Virus record (IMG/VR): IMGVR_UViG_3300048575_000233
Location: 1-28,471 of that record
DNA length: 28,471 bases
From: a virus
Lineage: Duplodnaviria; Caudoviricetes
Strand: one strand, 5' to 3'
In this document: positions 24,744 to 28,471 of the stretch, in pieces
Layout of the letters: each line of letters opens with the position of its first letter
Numbering within the stretch: the stretch's first letter is position 1
The notes under the pieces: model-generated
Database searches by the model: none
What the model saw: only the letters and a program-made list of their open reading frames with translations
What the model was told of the DNA's origin: nothing
Position numbers and translations under genes: made by a program

Positions 24744-26709
24744 GATCTTCGCCTTCGAGGGTGCCGATGGGCTTTGGGAGAATTGGCGCGCCGGGCTGAC
24801 GCCTGATCCAGCGCTTCAGGTGTCGGAATGGGCCGATCGCCACCGGTTTCTCAGCCCACGCGCATCCGCCGAACCGGGTCGCTATCGCACCGACCGCACG
24901 CCCTACATGCGCGCCATCATGGATGCGCTGTCGCCGTCTGATCCGCGCCGGCGCATCGTCTTCATGAAGGCTGCGCAGGTCGGCGCGACCGAGGCCGGCA
25001 ACAACTGGATCGGCTATGTGATCCACCATGCGCCGGGGCCGATGCTGTCGGTCCAGCCGACGGTCGAACTCGCCAAGCGCTTTTCGCGTCAGCGCATCGA
25101 TCCGCTGATCGCCGAGAGCCCGGCCTTGCGCGAGCGGGTGAAGCCGCAGCGCTCACGCGACGCCGGCAACACCATGCTGTCGAAGGAATTCCCGGCGGGG
25201 CTTCTGGTCATCACCGGCGCCAACAGCGCGGTGGGCTTACGCTCGATGCCGGCGCGCTATCTGTTTCTCGACGAGGTCGACGCCTATCCGCCGTCAGCCG
25301 ACGAGGAAGGCGATCCGGTGGCGCTTGCGGAAGCTCGCACCCGCACCTTCTCCTGGCGTTCGAAGGTCTTTCTGGCGTCGACGCCGACCATCCATGGCGT
25401 GTCGCGCATCGAGCGGGAATATCTCGCCTCCGATCAGCGACGCTTCTTTGTTCCGTGCCCCCATTGCGGTCACGCGCAATTCCTTCGCTTCGAACGGCTT
25501 CGTTGGGACAACGCTGCGCCGGAAACGGCGCGCTATTCCTGCGAAGCGTGCGACGGCGACATCGCCGAGCACCACAAGACGGCGATGATGCAGGCAGGCG
25601 AATGGCGTGCGACCGCGACTGCCGCCGATCCCGGCACCATCGGCTTTCACCTGTCGGCACTCTATTCGCCGGTCGGCTGGCTCTCCTGGGTCGACATCGC
25701 CCGGATGTGGGACGCCGCACAGGCGACCGACGAGGCCAAGCGCAGTTTCAAGAACGGCGTCCTCGGCGAAACCTGGGTCGAGACCGGTGAAGCGCCGGAC
25801 TGGCAGCGGCTCTACGAGCGGCGTGAACAATGGCGCTTTGGCACGGTGCCGGGCGGCGGGTTGTTTCTGACCGCCGGCGCTGACGTCCAGAAGGATCGCA
25901 TCGAGGTTTCCATCTGGGCCTGGGGTCGAGGCCTCACCAGTTGGCTCATCGAGCACATCGTCATCGACGGTGGGCCGGAGAACGAGGCGAGTTGGGCCGA
26001 ACTGACGCGGATCCTCGGTGAAACCTGGCCTCACGCCCATGGCACACGGCTCGGTCTGGCCAAGCTCGCCATCGACACCGGCTATGAGGCGCCCGCCGTC
26101 TATGCCTGGGCGCGCAGCGCCGGCTTTGCCCAGGTCGCACCGATCAAGGGCGTCGAGGGCTTCAATCGCGCAGCACCCGTGATCGGCCCCAGTTTTGTCG
26201 ATGCCACGGAGGGCGGGCGCAAGATCCGTCGCGGCGCCCGGCTCTGGACCATCGCCGTCTCGACCTTCAAGGCAGAAACCTATCGCTTTCTGCGCCTGTC
26301 GCTTCCGACCGACGAGGAGCAGGACGAAGGCGCGGCTGACAGGCCCGGCTTCATCCATCTCTCCACCGGAACCGATGCGGAGTGGGTGAAGCAACTGGTC
26401 GCCGAGCAGTTGGTGACAGTCAAGAACCGGCGCGGCTTCCAGAAGCTCGAATGGCAGAAGCTGCGCGAGCGCAACGAGGCGCTCGATTGCCGGGTCTATG
26501 CGCGGGCCGCGGCCTGGATCGTCGGTGCCGATCGCTGGTCGGACGAAAAGTGGCGCGATCTCGAAGACCAGGTCGGGCCGAAGCCCGATCCAAGCACCGT
26601 TCTGTCCGAGGTCGACACCACCGCCGGGCGGATTTTCCGCCAACCGCCGTCAGGAGCCAAGCGCTCATCCGGATGGTTCAACGGACGCTCCCAGAACTGG
26701 CTGAAATAG
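24691..26709 (+). CDS. terL: Phage terminase large subunit, GpA family
   Basis: SEWADRHR, RTPY, KAAQVGATE, FLDEVD, STPT, PCPHCG...CEAC, GADVQKDR, IDTG and RNEALDCRVYA. Start codon uncertain. Confidence 0.95.
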   Translation: MSVPTSQTWPRSRPISDEIFAFEGADGLWENWRAGLTPDPALQVSEWADRHRFLSPRASAEPGRYRTDRTPYMRAIMDALSPSDPRRRIVFMKAAQVGATEAGNNWIGYVIHHAPGPMLSVQPTVELAKRFSRQRIDPLIAESPALRERVKPQRSRDAGNTMLSKEFPAGLLVITGANSAVGLRSMPARYLFLDEVDAYPPSADEEGDPVALAEARTRTFSWRSKVFLASTPTIHGVSRIEREYLASDQRRFFVPCPHCGHAQFLRFERLRWDNAAPETARYSCEACDGDIAEHHKTAMMQAGEWRATATAADPGTIGFHLSALYSPVGWLSWVDIARMWDAAQATDEAKRSFKNGVLGETWVETGEAPDWQRLYERREQWRFGTVPGGGLFLTAGADVQKDRIEVSIWAWGRGLTSWLIEHIVIDGGPENEASWAELTRILGETWPHAHGTRLGLAKLAIDTGYEAPAVYAWARSAGFAQVAPIKGVEGFNRAAPVIGPSFVDATEGGRKIRRGARLWTIAVSTFKAETYRFLRLSLPTDEEQDEGAADRPGFIHLSTGTDAEWVKQLVAEQLVTVKNRRGFQKLEWQKLRERNEALDCRVYARAAAWIVGADRWSDEKWRDLEDQVGPKPDPSTVLSEVDTTAGRIFRQPPSGAKRSSGWFNGRSQNWLK

Positions 26710-26719
26710 GAGCAATTCC

Positions 26720-26929
26720 ATGGCCTGGACGGAAGCAGAACTGGTGGCGCTGCGCCGTGCCTATTCCTCTGGCACGCTGCGCGTCAGCTATGACGGGCGC
26801 ACCGTGGAATATGGCTCGGCAGACGATCTCCTGAAGCGCATTCGCACCATCGAGGGCGAAATCTCAGCAGCTTCCGGCGTTCCGCGTCCCGTCGCGGGCC
26901 TTGCCGGCTTCGGGCGGGGCGACCGGTGA
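26720..26929 (+). CDS. gpW-like head-tail joining protein
   Basis: LRRAYSSGTLRVSYDGRTVEYGS. Lies between terminase and portal. AGGAG RBS. Confidence 0.85.
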   Translation: MAWTEAELVALRRAYSSGTLRVSYDGRTVEYGSADDLLKRIRTIEGEISAASGVPRPVAGLAGFGRGDR

Positions 26930-28428
26930 GCGGCATCACCTTCATCGATCGTGCGGTGGCTTGGCTTGATCCGCAGGCCGGGGTCAAGCGGGCGCTCGCC
27001 CGGCGTTCATTCGAGACGCTGGTCGGCACTCGGGGCTATGACGGCGCGGCGCGGGGTCGCCGGACCGATGGCTGGAAGGCCAACGGAACGTCGGCCGACG
27101 CAGAGATTGCCACAGCCGGCGCATTGCTGCGTGACCGGATGCGCGATCTCACCCGCAACAACCCGCATGCCGCCAAGGCGGTCTCGGTCCTGGTCAACAA
27201 CATTGTCGGCGCCGGCATCATTCCGCGCGCCGCCACCGGCGACGATAAGCTCGATGGCGCGGTCAACCGGCTCTGGGAGGCGTGGACGCGCCAATGTGAC
27301 GCCGACGGCCAGTTGGATCTCTTCGGTCTGCAGACGCTGGCCTGCCGCCAGATGATCGAAGCCGGCGAGGTGCTGGTCCGTCGCCGCCCACGTCGTCCCG
27401 GTGATGGTCTCGCCGTGCCGCTGCAGATCCAGGTGTGTGAGGCCGATCTCCTCGACGGTACCCGCAACGGCGATCTCATCGATGGTGGGCGCGTCGTTCA
27501 GGGTGTCGAATTCGATGCGATTGGTCGACGGCGGGCCTACTGGCTCCACGCCCAGCATCCGGGCGACGCGGTGTTTTCGGCACGCCGGCGGATCGACAGC
27601 GCTGCCATTCCGGCGACTGAAGTCCTGCATCTCTACGAGAAGCAACGGACGCAGGTTCGCGGTGTCCCATGGGGCACCCCGGTCATGCGGGCGTTGCGCG
27701 ACCTCGACGACTGGACGCAGGCCGAACTGGTTCGCAAGAAGACCGAAGCCTGCGTCGTCGGCATCGTGCTCGGCGCCGACGAGGCCGAGCAGGGAATCGC
27801 CCCCTCCGTCGTCGACGCCGACGGCAATCGCGTCGAGCAGTTCGAGCCGGGGCTGATCGCCTATGCCCGCGGCGGCAAGGACATCAAGTTCAATCAGCCG
27901 GCGACAACGGCGGGCATCGCGGAATGGCTGCGCACCCAGCTCCACATTGTCGCCGCCGGCTTCCGGATGCCCTATGAACTGCTGACCGGCGACCTCAGTC
28001 AGGTCAACTATTCCTCGATCCGCGCCGGCCTTGTCGAATTCCGTCGCCTGATCGACGCCGTCCAATGGCAGATCTTCATTCCCGTCCTCTGCCAGCCGAT
28101 CTGGAACTGGTTCTGCGAAGCTGCATGGGTGGCGGGCAAGCTGCCCCGACCGGACATTGCCGTCGAATGGTCGCCGCCGCGCTTCGAGGCCGTCGATCCC
28201 TTGAAGGACGCGATGGCCGATCTTCTCGCCATGCGCTCCGGCACCATGACGCTGGCGCAGGCGATTTCCCGTCAGGGACATAACCCCGACGCTGTGTTGG
28301 CCGAGATCGCCGCCATGAACGTCCGGCTCGACGCTCTCGGCATCATCCTCGACAGCGATCCGCGCCGCGTGACCAAGACCGGCGTCATGCAGGCGGGTGA
28401 TCCGACGGCCAATACCCTCAATTCGTGA
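26926..28428 (+). CDS. Phage portal protein, lambda family
   Basis: RGYDGA, LRDRMRDLTRNNPHA, GVEFDAIGRRRAYW, QVRGVPW, GDLSQVNYSSIRAG and VDPLKD. Confidence 0.95.
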   Translation: MSGITFIDRAVAWLDPQAGVKRALARRSFETLVGTRGYDGAARGRRTDGWKANGTSADAEIATAGALLRDRMRDLTRNNPHAAKAVSVLVNNIVGAGIIPRAATGDDKLDGAVNRLWEAWTRQCDADGQLDLFGLQTLACRQMIEAGEVLVRRRPRRPGDGLAVPLQIQVCEADLLDGTRNGDLIDGGRVVQGVEFDAIGRRRAYWLHAQHPGDAVFSARRRIDSAAIPATEVLHLYEKQRTQVRGVPWGTPVMRALRDLDDWTQAELVRKKTEACVVGIVLGADEAEQGIAPSVVDADGNRVEQFEPGLIAYARGGKDIKFNQPATTAGIAEWLRTQLHIVAAGFRMPYELLTGDLSQVNYSSIRAGLVEFRRLIDAVQWQIFIPVLCQPIWNWFCEAAWVAGKLPRPDIAVEWSPPRFEAVDPLKDAMADLLAMRSGTMTLAQAISRQGHNPDAVLAEIAAMNVRLDALGIILDSDPRRVTKTGVMQAGDPTANTLNS

Positions 28429-28436
28429 GACTTTTC

Positions 28437-28471
28437 ATGAACCGACAGATCGACCTGCCGTCCTTCAAGCG
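28437..28471 (+). CDS. 5' end of the next head gene (probable prohead protease/major capsid), partial
   Basis: ATG 8 nt after the portal stop reads MNRQIDLPSFK to the window end. Product inferred from gene order only. Confidence 0.45.
   Translation, partial: MNRQIDLPSFK

Larger units (their letters stand above)
389..28471. mobile_element. Prophage (lambda-like GpA terminase and portal) next to the tRNA-Ser 3' end; continues beyond the window
   Basis: Contiguous recombinase, control, replication, methylase, terminase, gpW and portal modules begin right after the tRNA. The left boundary is approximate and the right att site is not in the window. Confidence 0.9.

Noticed and set aside
10034-28281. 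Long antisense ORFs (10034-11530, 12915-14258, 17415-18386, 19559-20869, 25294-26643, 27007-28281)
   Set aside because: Each lies opposite a well-supported gene and has no motifs. Such shadow ORFs are expected in GC-rich DNA.

Overview
GC-rich window that looks alphaproteobacterial (inferred from the GTTC-N7-GTTC LexA-type box and the gene families). It opens with the 3' end of a host gene and a complete tRNA-Ser(GCT). The left ~28 kb of a lambda-type (GpA terminase) prophage follows directly. Prophage order: (1) a four-gene, translationally coupled large serine recombinase/DUF2924 module; (2) a divergent control region with an XRE-ImmA/IrrE fusion plus a PIN-domain gene facing a two-gene operon of unknown function; (3) a replication/recombination operon (HTH, Sak4-like AAA ATPase, SSB-like protein, SF2 helicase, Cas4-like nuclease, primase-helicase, putative origin, RuvC-like resolvase, DUF6362); (4) a cargo slot with two small orphans and hipBA, the latter with four operators; (5) a putative late promoter and cos region and a ParB-methyltransferase; (6) an AT-richer cargo pair, DUF5131 radical-SAM-like plus TcmP, with a LexA box upstream and a beta-clamp-like motif in TcmP; (7) DUF3489 and then terminase, gpW, portal and the start of the head gene. 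The best candidates for an undescribed system are the SOS-boxed DUF5131/TcmP pair and the IrrE/PIN plus two-gene switch with its cis-elements. All family calls come from motifs recognised by eye; no searches were run.
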